From Candidatus Poribacteria bacterium (GTDB lineage: Bacteria; Poribacteria; WGA-4E; PCPOR2b), in the NCBI GenBank assembly GCA_965208325.1, contig OZ242326.1, positions 3,808,001 to 3,872,000 on the forward strand: DNA of 64,000 bases, written 5' to 3'. This document shows, piece after piece, positions 10,701 through 21,509 of the stretch. The notes below the pieces were generated by a model, which did not search any database, was not told where the DNA came from, and worked only from the letters and a program-made list of their open reading frames with translations. The position numbers and the translations under genes were made by a program. The first letter of the stretch is position 1. The number at the start of each line of letters is the position of its first letter.

Positions 10701-12086
10701 TTATGCCCGAATGATCGCGAGTACGTCGTCTCGCTTCTGCTCCATTAACGTCTTTGTTTTGGCTTCTAGGTTAAGGCGTAACAGTGGTTCAGTGTTGGAT
10801 GGGCGCACGTTACAGTGCCAGTCGTCAAAGGAAATTGAAACGCCGTCCAACCATTCGACTTTGCCGCCATTCCCAAATACCCGAACAATCTCCTTTAATT
10901 TCTCCTTTGCATCGCTTGAAATGCCAGAGTTGATTTCGCCAGAGATGAAATAGGTTGATTCTAGGGGATTGAGTAGTTTGGAGAGTTTCGTCCCCTTTTT
11001 CGAGAGCATCTCTAAAATTACGAGAGAGGGTAAAATGCCGGAATCGGCGCAAAAGAAATCTCTAAAGTAATAATGGCCCGTCACCTCTCCGCCAAAGATG
11101 GCATTTTCTTTTGCCATTCGGTTTTTCATGAATGCGTGTCCTACGCGCTCCATTAAGGGGGTCCCCCCAGCTGCAGTGATGAGGTCGGGTACTGCCCATG
11201 AAGAGCGGACATCATAAAGAATTTTGCCTCCCGCGTATTTGTCCAAAAGGTATTGCCCCATTAGTGCAGTTATGAAGTCACCGGGCACAAAGGCGCCACG
11301 TTCATCAATAGCGAAAAATCGGTCACCGTCTCCATCAAAGGCAAAACCCGCATCAGCACCCTCCGCAACAACAAGCTGTTGTAATTCCGCCCGATTTTCG
11401 GGTTGGAGCGGATCGAGCCCATGATTCGGCAAACTGCCGTCAGGTTCCAGATACATCCCAATTAAGTTGATTGAAGGAAGGCATCGGTAAATCTGCTTGA
11501 GAATCGGTCCGACAACACCGTTGCCGGTATCAGCGATGACCTTGAGCCGTGAGATTGCATCCACATCAATTAAACTCAAAACCTTTTCCACAAATTCTTC
11601 TCTCAAGTCCTCGTAAGTCATTCTGCCTCGGTGAGTCGGTTTAGGAAACTGCTCCGCTGCAATGATTCGCCGTATTGCTTGAATCCCTTCATCGCCGCTC
11701 AGAAGCTGGGGCATCTTTTTCACCATTTTGAAACCGTTATACTGGGCGGGGTTATGAGATGCTGTTACCACGATGCCTGGGAGTCCTAGTGTTGCGCAGG
11801 CATGGTAATATTCGTCTGTGCTGACCAGGCCAATGTTTATAACATCTGCCCCCTGATCCATCAAACCGCTTGCTAATGCTTCAGACAGTTGCGGGCTTGA
11901 AAGACGCATATCCCGCCCAACGATAACTTTGCCAACTTTGAGGTAACTCACAAAGGCGCGGCCAATCGAATAGGCGATGTCTTCATTTAGGTCAACAGGG
12001 TAAATTCCCCGGATATCATACGCTTTGAAAATGTCAGGATTCGCTCGCATTTTAACGGCTTTTACGTTCTTGTCGGTATGGGGCAA
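10701..12086 (-). CDS. Phosphomannomutase/phosphoglucomutase
   Basis: IFKAYDIRG, TASHNP, FDGDGDR, GGEVTGHYYF, RPSNTEP; TTG start behind AAGGAGG. Confidence 0.95.
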   Translation of the reverse strand: MPHTDKNVKAVKMRANPDIFKAYDIRGIYPVDLNEDIAYSIGRAFVSYLKVGKVIVGRDMRLSSPQLSEALASGLMDQGADVINIGLVSTDEYYHACATLGLPGIVVTASHNPAQYNGFKMVKKMPQLLSGDEGIQAIRRIIAAEQFPKPTHRGRMTYEDLREEFVEKVLSLIDVDAISRLKVIADTGNGVVGPILKQIYRCLPSINLIGMYLEPDGSLPNHGLDPLQPENRAELQQLVVAEGADAGFAFDGDGDRFFAIDERGAFVPGDFITALMGQYLLDKYAGGKILYDVRSSWAVPDLITAAGGTPLMERVGHAFMKNRMAKENAIFGGEVTGHYYFRDFFCADSGILPSLVILEMLSKKGTKLSKLLNPLESTYFISGEINSGISSDAKEKLKEIVRVFGNGGKVEWLDGVSISFDDWHCNVRPSNTEPLLRLNLEAKTKTLMEQKRDDVLAIIRA

Positions 12087-12179
12087 AATTCCTCCTTCGA
12101 ACTGCTATGGCACATCTGCAATACAATTACCAGTGAATTTTTGCTCCGAGAAATCTCACGCAAATTAGAGAGGAAATCA

Positions 12180-13373
12180 ATGACAATTCAGGTTGTTAAA
12201 CCCCGAATTCGAGGTTTTATTGGCACCAACGCACACCCTATCGGGTGCAGAAAAAATGTACAGAATCAAATTGACTATATCAAAGAAAGCGTTTCGCCAA
12301 AACAATTGGATCTCAACGTGCTCATTGTCGGCGCGACGGGTGGATACGGTTTAGCCTCCCGCATTGCATTAACGTGGAGCTATGGCGCAAAAACGGTTGG
12401 CGTTTTCTTTGAACGTCCACCTGATGAGAAGCGGACTGCGACTGCGGGCTACTATGACTCGGCTGCCTTCCATCAACTGGCACGGGCGAACGGCATCTTC
12501 GCCGAAAGCATCAATGGCGATGCATTCTCCAATGACATCAAACGAGACACAATACATCGCATCAAGCGCAATATGGGCAAAGTTGATTTACTGGTTTATA
12601 GCATCGCGGCGCCGAGGCGTATCCACCCGAGCACAGGTATCGAACATCGGTCAGTCCTAAAACCAATCGGTCGCTCTTACGTGGGTAAAACTATAGATTT
12701 GCAGCGTGAAACCGTCACCCAAGTCACCGTGGAGCCCGCAAATGAGCAGGAGATTTCAGATACCACGGCTGTAATGGGCGGCGCGGATTTGGAGTTATGG
12801 GTTGAGGCGCTTCTCACCGAGAATCTTCTTGCATCGGAATCTACAGTTGTGGCTTATTCCTACATTGGCCCCGAACTCACATGGCCAATCTATCGCAGTG
12901 GAACAATTGGTAGGGCAAAAGAGGATCTCGCCAACTCCATCAATAATCTGAATCGCCAACTCAGCAACAAACTGGGCGGCCATGCCTACATATCGGTCAA
13001 TAAAGCCGTAGTTACCCAAGCGTCAGCGGCTATTCCAGTGGTGCCGCTGTACATCAGTGTGCTCTACGATATCATGAATGCTAAGGGGATTAACGAAGCC
13101 CCGGTTGCTCAGATGGATCGGCTTTTCAACCAACACCTAGGTCCTAATCAGACTCCGACGCTCGACGCCGAGCGGCTAATCCGACTCGATGATCGGGAAC
13201 TGCGTCCGGACGTAACCGAAGAGGTAATGCGTCGATGGGAGATGATAAACACAGACAATTTCCGAAATCTCTCTGACTACGGCGGCTTTAAGCGCGGCTT
13301 ACGCAACCTGTTCGGTTTTGATGTCGAAGGTGTAAAATACGATGAAGCCGTGGAAACTGACGTTAAGTTATAA
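12180..13373 (+). CDS. fabV: Enoyl-ACP reductase FabV / trans-2-enoyl-CoA reductase
   Basis: KPRIRGFI...HPIGC, GGYGLASR, YSYIGPELTWPIY...GTIGRAK, KAVVTQASAAIP; start ATG 12180. Confidence 0.93.
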   Translation: MTIQVVKPRIRGFIGTNAHPIGCRKNVQNQIDYIKESVSPKQLDLNVLIVGATGGYGLASRIALTWSYGAKTVGVFFERPPDEKRTATAGYYDSAAFHQLARANGIFAESINGDAFSNDIKRDTIHRIKRNMGKVDLLVYSIAAPRRIHPSTGIEHRSVLKPIGRSYVGKTIDLQRETVTQVTVEPANEQEISDTTAVMGGADLELWVEALLTENLLASESTVVAYSYIGPELTWPIYRSGTIGRAKEDLANSINNLNRQLSNKLGGHAYISVNKAVVTQASAAIPVVPLYISVLYDIMNAKGINEAPVAQMDRLFNQHLGPNQTPTLDAERLIRLDDRELRPDVTEEVMRRWEMINTDNFRNLSDYGGFKRGLRNLFGFDVEGVKYDEAVETDVKL

Positions 13374-13649
13374 CATAAGCCAAACAGGCTTCAGAATCAC
13401 AATGCATTAATTCCTAACGAGCACAGTCCGTATCCACTGCATAGGCTCAGTTGCAACAGAAATGCGAAGGAGTGGGGTTTCACTCGACTGCAAGTAGGCC
13501 GAGGCGGGGAATTGGTTAGCAGGGTTAAATCTGAAATCTTATAGACTGTCTTTAATTGTGAAGGAGTTAGCAACAAAGACTATTGCCTCGCCGCATGTTC
13601 CGGCCGCTTCGTTCATTCTATAAATGCGGTACGGTCATGCTCAAGGCAT

Positions 13650-14672
13650 TTAGCCCTTAATGTCAATAACAATCCGCGCATCCGCACCGCCGCTTCTCAT
13701 AAATTCAAGTGCTTCATTCGCTTCGTCAAGCGGAAAGGTTCTCGTAATAGGTGGTTCGATGATACCTTCTGCAAGCATCTCTATGGAGTCGGCGATGTCT
13801 TGTTTAGATCCGTTCCGGCTTCCAATAATCTCTAATTCTCGCTGCGCAATTTGAATCGTGTCAATCGCAGGAAATTCAGGCTCTTCTCCAATGACGATAA
13901 TTTGTCCCTGCCGCATGAGGTAGTCCGCACTCTGTTTCATGGTTGAAGCAGTGCCAACACAATCGAAAACGCACTGGGCGCCAGTGCCGCCCGCGAACTC
14001 CCGAATTTTGTCCGTTGTGTCGGGTGCGTTAGCATTGAGAGCAAGTTGAGCGCCAAGTTGCATCGCGAGGTCGAGTTTCCCTTGAGAACGGCTCGTCGCG
14101 ACTGTTTTCACTCCTGCCTTGACAAGGATCGGGATTAAACTCTGCGCAACCCCTCCCGCGCCTATCACTACAGCGGTGTCATTGGGTCCCAATCGTGCAC
14201 GCCGAAATCCGTGCACCGCCGTAATGACAGCGCAACTGATTAAGCCGCCCGTCTCGAAAGGCACATTATCGGGCAGCGTGAACAGGTTTTCTGCGGGCAC
14301 CACAAAATACTCCGCAAAGGCGCCGTTCACAAGCACACCTACTAGCCCTTGCAAGTCCGCGCACTGGGCGTCCTGACCAATCCGGCAATAATAGCATTCC
14401 CGACAGGTGATAAATAGATGGGGTACGACGCGTTGTCCCACCTCCAAACCGGTTACGTTTTCACCCACTGCTGCCACAGTCCCTGCAGGTTCATGGCCCG
14501 GTATGTGCGGGAGTTCAGGGATGTACGCCAATCCGTCATATACATGTAGGTCTGTGCGGCAAATCCCGCAAGATTTGGTTTCCACCAATACTTCGTCCGG
14601 ACCAATCTCCGGTGTTGGAACTTCTTCGATTCGCAATGGTTTTCCAATTTCGTGTAATACTGCCGCTTTCAT
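13650..14672 (-). CDS. Zinc-dependent alcohol dehydrogenase (MDR family)
   Basis: CRTDLH, GHE, CRECYYC...C, GAGGV. Confidence 0.93.
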   Translation of the reverse strand: MKAAVLHEIGKPLRIEEVPTPEIGPDEVLVETKSCGICRTDLHVYDGLAYIPELPHIPGHEPAGTVAAVGENVTGLEVGQRVVPHLFITCRECYYCRIGQDAQCADLQGLVGVLVNGAFAEYFVVPAENLFTLPDNVPFETGGLISCAVITAVHGFRRARLGPNDTAVVIGAGGVAQSLIPILVKAGVKTVATSRSQGKLDLAMQLGAQLALNANAPDTTDKIREFAGGTGAQCVFDCVGTASTMKQSADYLMRQGQIIVIGEEPEFPAIDTIQIAQRELEIIGSRNGSKQDIADSIEMLAEGIIEPPITRTFPLDEANEALEFMRSGGADARIVIDIKG

Positions 14673-14988
14673 GTAGTCTCCATTTATAAAATCTAGTGGT
14701 CTCTCTCGCCAATTTGAGAAAGGGAACGAATAAAATTGTGTGGGTAACTGATTTGGATGTGGTCCTACCTGTTGAGAACCGTTACAGAGTGCAACTATCC
14801 GGTTTGCTTAGGTCATGAGACAAAAGTGGTGGGGTGAAACAGCTGCCAGCAGAGGAATCGGTAGGAGCATCGGGGCACGAGGTTTTTACGGCAAATGGCT
14901 GTGAAAAATGCTGGTATACTTCTCGGACGAAGGAAAGGACCCGCCGCCTAACTCATAGTTCTGTACACCATTGAATTTCGTAACTTGC

Positions 14989-15025
14989 AATTAAGGGGGC
15001 ACGATGTACAGGCGCCCCCTTAATT
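14989..15025 (-). terminator. Hairpin, probable terminator after the LamG cluster
   Basis: AATTAAGGGGGC...GCCCCCTTAATT 12-bp stem. Confidence 0.55.
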
Positions 15026-15057
15026 ACAAAAATGGTGAAACACCTTAGAACTGCAAA

Positions 15058-15852
15058 CTATTTCAGAGCTTTAAGTTGCGCCCAAGTTGTAGCCGCTTTA
15101 CCTGATGCTTCGACAGCAGTGGGTCCGCCGCCAATGTGCGCCATCAGCCCATCGTTCATCAGCGCCATAATCTCATCGTCGCCGAGGACAGTGTTGAAGA
15201 TTGCGAAATCATCAATGGCACCGGCGAAAGAGCTGCCTGGCCTGCCGCCAATGTGAAATGTGCCATCACCGTGTATGAAGGTACCCGACATCTCAGCCAT
15301 GCCTGATTGTTCGCCGTTTCTCAGTACTCTCATATAGTTTCCGGCGGCGCTGTGGATAAATGCCCAGTGCTCCCATAAGCCGATATGGGAGTCATCAATA
15401 CCGCCGGCGCCAATCCCGTTCGGTCCAAATTGCCAAATCACCGCTGAACCAGCGTCAACCCAAGGTAAGTGGGCTGTGATACGTCCGCCATTAATCTCAA
15501 GCGGATCAAAACTGAAAAGGTCTTGATTTTGAACAACGTCTACTCGCGCCCACACTATAATCGTTATTTCTTCCGTCGGCACATGGTTGGCAAAGTCGGT
15601 AATCTGGATTGTATCACCGAGGTTCGAAAAAACCACAGCCATACCGTGCATTCCAGACATCCATTCTCCGCCGCTGGTTAGCTCGCCATCATAGCCGTTC
15701 CCCGATGAGTCAGAGGCATCTCCATCCAGCATCCAAGCCGCAACAAGTGAATCAGGGTTCTTTAGGGCATCACTTTGCCCAACCAAAATCAACCCAAAAA
15801 GGAAGAAACTAACAACAAATGCAAAGCCAAGTTTTGCTTTGATGTCAAACAT
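15058..15852 (-). CDS. Secreted LamG/concanavalin A-like protein (paralogue 1)
   Basis: Signal peptide; DSSGNGYDG, WEHWAF, FAGAIDDFAIFN; C-terminal AVEASGKAATTWAQLK. Confidence 0.88.
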   Translation of the reverse strand: MFDIKAKLGFAFVVSFFLFGLILVGQSDALKNPDSLVAAWMLDGDASDSSGNGYDGELTSGGEWMSGMHGMAVVFSNLGDTIQITDFANHVPTEEITIIVWARVDVVQNQDLFSFDPLEINGGRITAHLPWVDAGSAVIWQFGPNGIGAGGIDDSHIGLWEHWAFIHSAAGNYMRVLRNGEQSGMAEMSGTFIHGDGTFHIGGRPGSSFAGAIDDFAIFNTVLGDDEIMALMNDGLMAHIGGGPTAVEASGKAATTWAQLKALK

Positions 15853-15960
15853 TTTCTACAGCCTCCATTACTGTTTTCCGTTCTCTTCAGAACGTCAGTT
15901 CTGAAGAGAACGGGCTAACATCAACAATGCGACTTTGTTGATATTAATAAAGGCTACAGA

Positions 15961-16752
15961 CTATTTCAAAGCCTTAAGGTGCCCCCAAGTCGTAGCCGCT
16001 TTTCCAGACCGATCGACAGCGGTTGCGCCGCCGATGTGCGCCATGATTCCATCGTTCATCAGCGCGCTAATTTCATCGGCGCCGAGGACTGCGTTGAATA
16101 TTGCGAACTCATCAACGGCACCAGCGAACGAGTTGCCAAGTCTGCCGCCAATGTGAAAATTCGCTTCCGCGTTCTCAAAGGCGGCCGAGTCGTCGTTACT
16201 GCTCGCTTCCTCACCGTTCCTAAATATCGCCATTCGGTTTTCAGCTACGCTGTGGGTAAATGCCCAATGTTCCCATGAGCCGACTATCGAGTCGTCGATT
16301 CCAGCTGGTGGAGTCCCCGTAAAAGGCGATCCAAATTGCCAATGGACCGCATTATCCCAGGGCATATGCGATGTAACGCGGCCGCGGTTGCCTACTTCAA
16401 GCGGCTCAAGACTGAAGTAGTCTTGGTTCACCAGCTCGTCTATACGCGCCCAACCCAAAATCGTTATTTCCTCTGACGGAATAATATTTCCGAATCCGGT
16501 AATCTGGACGGTATCACCGAGGCCTGGAAAATCGACAGCCATGCCGTGCTTACCGGCAATCCATTCGGCACCGCCGGATAGTTCGCCGTGGTGGTCATTT
16601 CCCGATGCGTCATTGGTGTCTCCATCAAGCAGCCACGCGCCAACTAGCGAATCGGGGTTCTTAAGGGCATCACCGTGCCCAATCAATATCAACCCAAAAA
16701 CAACCAAACTAATAACACACCCGAAGGTGAGTTTTGTTTTGATGCTATACAT
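15961..16752 (-). CDS. Secreted LamG/concanavalin A-like protein (paralogue 2)
   Basis: Colinear with paralogues 1 and 3; ends AVDRSGKAATTWGHLK. Confidence 0.88.
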   Translation of the reverse strand: MYSIKTKLTFGCVISLVVFGLILIGHGDALKNPDSLVGAWLLDGDTNDASGNDHHGELSGGAEWIAGKHGMAVDFPGLGDTVQITGFGNIIPSEEITILGWARIDELVNQDYFSLEPLEVGNRGRVTSHMPWDNAVHWQFGSPFTGTPPAGIDDSIVGSWEHWAFTHSVAENRMAIFRNGEEASSNDDSAAFENAEANFHIGGRLGNSFAGAVDEFAIFNAVLGADEISALMNDGIMAHIGGATAVDRSGKAATTWGHLKALK

Positions 16753-16889
16753 TAGGTAAAACCTCCATATCTGTTTTCCATTAACGTCAGAAGGCTAGTT
16801 CTGACGATAACAGAATTTCAAATTAAGTTAAAAAACGCTGGAACTTTATTTCTAAACAACAACTATGGCAGCCTACCTCGAGTCAAAAC

Positions 16890-17717
16890 CTATTTCAGAA
16901 CTTTCAGGTTTGCCCATTTTGTAGCCGCCTTTCCAGACGGTTCAACAGCAATACCGCCATTTCCGCCTGCGATGTGCGCCATGATTCCATCGTTCATTAG
17001 CGCGTTAATTTCTTCGCCATCAAGGACCGCACTGAAAATTGCGAAATCGTCAATGGCGCCCGCGAAAGAAATATGTTCATCCGCATGCGTACCTAGTCTG
17101 CCGCCGATGTGAAAATTTGCCTCACCCGGTATAAACGCCTTAAAGGCCTGCTGGTTGAGTACTTCCTCGCCGTTTTTATAAACTGCCATGTATTTTCCAG
17201 CGACGCTGTGGATGAATGCCCAGTGGTTCCATTCGCCGACAGCAGAATCGTCGATACTTACGTCAGCCGTGGGGAATATACCTGTAAAAGGCGTTCCGAA
17301 TTGCCAATGGACTTTGTTATCCCAAGGCATGTGCGTTGTTACACGGCCTTGGTCGCCAACATGAAGCGGCTCAAAACTGAAAAAGTCTTGATTCCTTATC
17401 TTGTCAATTCGCGCCCACGAAATAATCGTTATCTCCTCTGTAGGCATGACGGTTCCAAATCCGGTAATTTGGATTGTATCCCCATCGCCTGGAAGACCGG
17501 CAGCCATTCCGAACTTTCCGGCAATCCATTCGGGCGCTCCGGTTAATTCTCCGTGATAATCATTCCCCGATGAATCGTTGGCGTCGCCGTCAAGAAACCA
17601 GGCCCCCAAAACAGAATCGGGGTCTTTGAGGGCATCACTTTGCCCTACAAGTATCAATCCGAAAACAACGAAGCTGAAAATACACCCGAAGGTGAATTTT
17701 GCTTTGATGTTATACAT
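16890..17717 (-). CDS. Secreted LamG/concanavalin A-like protein (paralogue 3)
   Basis: Colinear with paralogues 1 and 2; ends AVEPSGKAATKWANLK. Confidence 0.88.
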   Translation of the reverse strand: MYNIKAKFTFGCIFSFVVFGLILVGQSDALKDPDSVLGAWFLDGDANDSSGNDYHGELTGAPEWIAGKFGMAAGLPGDGDTIQITGFGTVMPTEEITIISWARIDKIRNQDFFSFEPLHVGDQGRVTTHMPWDNKVHWQFGTPFTGIFPTADVSIDDSAVGEWNHWAFIHSVAGKYMAVYKNGEEVLNQQAFKAFIPGEANFHIGGRLGTHADEHISFAGAIDDFAIFSAVLDGEEINALMNDGIMAHIAGGNGGIAVEPSGKAATKWANLKVLK

Positions 17718-17893
17718 CTAAACTACCTCCATCATCGTTTTCCGCTCTCATTGGTCAGTCAGTTCTGACCAAAAACGGAAATTACCTTAAGACCAACAAT
17801 GTTAGAATCTATATTATTCACAATTATTCGCAGCGGCACAGCAAATGCGCCCTACGGAAATGTAGATATACTCACTCGGATTATACAAGACAC

Positions 17894-17922
17894 AGTATAA
17901 ATGAAAAAGAAAAAATTGTCAA
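17894..17922 (-). promoter_or_regulatory. Sigma70 promoter of the LamG cluster
   Basis: Minus strand TTGACA-17 bp-TATACT. Confidence 0.65.
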
Positions 17923-18354
17923 CAGGAATTATTTTCCTTCACTACAAAAATTCTCGTGGTTCTTTAGGTGCTTAAATCGAAATCTACTATCAACACTTTG
18001 TTTTCAGGAATGACGCATCTTCTACAAGTTTCTGAATTTACAAATGTCTTATCCACGGTACATTTGCCATTATACCTGTTAAAATCTAACTGTTCGTTCT
18101 AGCAATCTACTGAAGACAAATTCCATTTGACGCCGCTTGTAAGATTTAAAATGGAAAAGTAGTCAGTCGCTGTCAAATAAACGTCCGAATCCCATCATCG
18201 TTTCGTAGATATTCATTAATCATTACAGAAATGCCCCGTAGTCGATTTTCCAGTCCATCGCGGCGGCCGGGACAATATATAACCGATCGACCGGAAAACG
18301 GGTCCGTGTCCGAACCTGCCGGAACAAGTCCGCCGCCAATTTCATTCCACACCT

Positions 18355-19391
18355 TTATCCGGTCTCTACCATGACGGGGGTTTTGGAGACTGGAATCTGC
18401 CGGGAATAGTTGACAAGAGGGGCACCCATACCATCAAAACTGATTTCAATGCGATCGCCGGTTTGGAACGTCGGCCGATTGGGGAAGGCGAGTTTCATCG
18501 TCCAAAGAAATGAATATGGACATCCCCGGGGCGGCGAAAGTGCGAATACTTGAAATGATGGTCCTCAAGGTTAGCAAGGCTGTGGCTCATATGACTCTCG
18601 CCCGTAAGCAATTTACCCGAATGGTAAAGTAACTCTTCACCCCGTGTGATTCGGCAGCTGCCTTCGATGTCATTGAAATCTTTATCCGTGATTAACTCAG
18701 GTCCGACAGCGCAGACGCGCATTTTGGACGGCGCCAACCAAAGGTAATTCACTCGTTCCATTGGGTGATCCGCCCATTCATTCCCGATCGCAAACCCTAT
18801 CCGGCAAGGAATGCCATCGTCGTCAATCACATAGCAGCCGACGATTTCAGGTTCTTCGCCGCCATCCCCAGTAAAGTCTGGGATATCAAGAAAGTCGTTG
18901 TGGCCCCGCAGGAAGACGCCGGTCCCCTTATAAAACCATTCCGGCTGAACGCCGCGGACCCCCGCATCGGGCTTGCCGCCCTTTAATCCCATCTCGAACA
19001 TCTTTTCCGAATCGGTCTTATCGGACTCAGTCTCTTCATGGTCAGCGATATGCATCTCGGCGCGTTTTTCCATGCTTCCCATGTGCGTTAAACCCGTACC
19101 CGAAATCAAACAGTGGCTTGGGTCTGGATGGTCAAGCGGTGGTAGTATCCATCCATTTGCGTCCCCTTTACGGGCTTTTAGCAGCTCACTGTATGGCACC
19201 ACATCAGCGTTGCGCGTAGAGACATCCGCCAGGTACGCACTAATGGTCCTGCGGTGCCGTCGAGCTTCCTGGAAGAGCGTGTGAATGTACCTCCATTTCT
19301 TGTTGACGCTGGTCAAGTCAACAATCTTATCATCTTCAATATACCCGATCCGCCTTCCCTTTGCACCTAAGCTAAATTGAATAAGTCTCAT
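18355..19391 (-). CDS. AraD1/GguC-like fumarylacetoacetate hydrolase family protein, frameshifted near 18501
   Basis: GTGLTH, QPEWFYKG, GGEEPE, GESHMSHSLANLEDHHFKY; after HFFG a shifted frame continues TMKLAF...GDRIEISFDGMGAPLVN to a stop at 18355. Confidence 0.85.
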
Positions 19392-19559
19392 GTCAATCTT
19401 CCTTTTTGCTAATTCACTTGACGCGTTTATTTTAGTCTTTCTTTATTTTCTTACCTAAAAACTTCCAAGGCTCTAATTTTAACCGGATGGCGGCGGTGCA
19501 ATGCATGAAATTACATCCGCTCTTGTATGACAAAGTGTCAACCTAGCGAAGGTCGGCTG

Positions 19560-20711
19560 TCAAGACAAGATTTCCTTGATTGTGTAAATAACAGCGATGA
19601 TGTCCTCTTCCGTCAATCCGGGATGCATCGGCAAACTGACGACACGCTTGAAGGCTGCCTCGGCGTGGGGAAAATCACCTTTCTGATACCCGTATCTTTG
19701 CTGGTAAAATGGAAAAAGATGTAGAGGGATGTAATGGACGCCGCATTCGATTTTAGCCTCGTGCATTGCATCAATGAATTCATCACGGCAAATCTTCAAT
19801 CTTGATGTACGCAACTGAATTATGTAAAGATGCCAAGCATGGCGGCTTGCTGCCTGTGCCTTGGGCGTAATGATGCTAGGAAGTTCTCGAAGTTCCGAAG
19901 TATAAATTTCGGCGTACCGGCTGCGAATTTCACGTTGCTTCTCAATCTTTAGGAGTTGGCACAATCCCATCGCCGCTTGAATATCGGTCATATTATATTT
20001 ATATCCTTGAGAGACAACTTCGTAATACCAAGTGCGCTGTTCCCGCCGCCGCGCCCACGAATCTTTACTCATTCCGTGATAGAAACTCCGCTTAATGGCT
20101 GTCGCGAATCGATCGCTGTTCGTGGTAATCATGCCGCCTTCGCCGGTTGTTAAATTCTTGTTGGCGTAAAAACTAAAGGTTGACACATTACCAATGGATC
20201 CGATTCGATGCCCATTATAGTCTGCCGGGAAGGCATGCGCGGCGTCGTCAATAAGCACGAGGTCGTGTTTTCGGCAAATTTGCAGAAGCCCGTCCATGTC
20301 GCAGGGCAATCCAGCGATATGCACGGGAATAATTGCTTTTGTCTGCCGTGTGATAGACGCCTCAATTGCGCCAACATCAATGTTCAACGTTTCTGGGTCG
20401 ATATCAACGAAGACGGGTTTCGCACGTGTATAACCGATTGCTTCTGCCGTCGCGGTAAAGGTGTATGGCGTTGTAATCACTTCATCCCCCTCACCGACGC
20501 CTGCTGCAATTAGCGAAAGGTGTAATCCGGCAGTGCAAGAACTCACCGCCAACGCATGCTTTACACCGATGTATTCAGCAAACCGCTGTTCAAACTCCGC
20601 GGTTTTTGGTCCCGTGCTGATCCATTTGGAAGCAAGTACTTCGCTCACTGCTTCGATTTCGGTTTCATCAATCCATGGACGGCATAACGGTATGAATTGG
20701 TCCGATGCCAT
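19560..20711 (-). CDS. DegT/DnrJ/EryC1/StrS aminotransferase
   Basis: SSCTAGLH, DDAAHA, FSFYANKNLTTGEGG. Confidence 0.95.
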   Translation of the reverse strand: MASDQFIPLCRPWIDETEIEAVSEVLASKWISTGPKTAEFEQRFAEYIGVKHALAVSSCTAGLHLSLIAAGVGEGDEVITTPYTFTATAEAIGYTRAKPVFVDIDPETLNIDVGAIEASITRQTKAIIPVHIAGLPCDMDGLLQICRKHDLVLIDDAAHAFPADYNGHRIGSIGNVSTFSFYANKNLTTGEGGMITTNSDRFATAIKRSFYHGMSKDSWARRREQRTWYYEVVSQGYKYNMTDIQAAMGLCQLLKIEKQREIRSRYAEIYTSELRELPSIITPKAQAASRHAWHLYIIQLRTSRLKICRDEFIDAMHEAKIECGVHYIPLHLFPFYQQRYGYQKGDFPHAEAAFKRVVSLPMHPGLTEEDIIAVIYTIKEILS

Positions 20712-20795
20712 AGCGCTTCCTCTTTGGGAATAGTAAAATATCTGTGATTGCAGGCAATGGAAGGAGAGGAATAAACATCTTCTGGTTAATCTGTT

Positions 20796-21509
20796 TCACG
20801 GTTTACTAATGCACATTCGTAGGCGTTTTTTCAACTTTTCCAACGCCTTTGCCCGGTGGCTAATCCGATTTTTAACATCCACTCCCAACTCGGCGAAGGT
20901 TTTGTCAAAACCAGCCGGTACGAAAATGGGGTCATATCCAAATCCTTGCTGTCCGCGCGGAGAATGAATAAGCTTTCCCTCACAAACGCCGACGACAACT
21001 TGTGTCTGGCCGGTTGGAGCGGCAATCGCGATTGCACATTTAAAACGCGCAGTTCGTTGACCATCGGACACATCTTTAAGGGCGTCAAGCAGCTTACTGA
21101 TTCTTGCTGAATCAGAAGCATGTTCCCCGGCATATCGTGCGGAATGGATGCCGGGTGCGCCGCGGAGAGCGTCAGCCTCCAGCCCCGAATCGTCGGCTAG
21201 AGCAAAATACCCCGTATGTTCGGCAAGCGCAGTGGCTTTCTTTACGGCATTTTCCTGATACGTCTCGCCATCCTCAACCACTTCGGGCGCATCAGGAACA
21301 TCATCAAGCGACAGAACATCAATCACATTCTGATTGTTCGGCCCAGTACAGCCGCCCTGCGCTAACTGAGGTGGCCGTTTCGTCCGATTTACATCTGAAT
21401 CGAAAATCGACACTGTTCCCGCCGCATCACCGGGGGAATTCATGTCGGTAAACATAGCTTGGAGTTCTCTTACTTTGCCGCGATTATGGGTCGCCAAGAC
21501 TAACTTCAT
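20796..21509 (-). CDS. rdgB: Non-canonical purine NTP pyrophosphatase (RdgB/HAM1)
   Basis: [33 protein letters not shown]; follows rph. Confidence 0.95.
   Translation of the reverse strand: MKLVLATHNRGKVRELQAMFTDMNSPGDAAGTVSIFDSDVNRTKRPPQLAQGGCTGPNNQNVIDVLSLDDVPDAPEVVEDGETYQENAVKKATALAEHTGYFALADDSGLEADALRGAPGIHSARYAGEHASDSARISKLLDALKDVSDGQRTARFKCAIAIAAPTGQTQVVVGVCEGKLIHSPRGQQGFGYDPIFVPAGFDKTFAELGVDVKNRISHRAKALEKLKKRLRMCISKP

Noticed and set aside
14700..14980. Possible ncRNA or riboswitch upstream of the alcohol dehydrogenase
   Set aside because: No recognisable family motif or convincing structure by eye.
18223..18345. 40-aa minus-strand ORF (MKLAADLFRQVRTRTRF...DW) resembling a DinB N-terminus
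   Set aside because: Too short and the similarity too weak to call.
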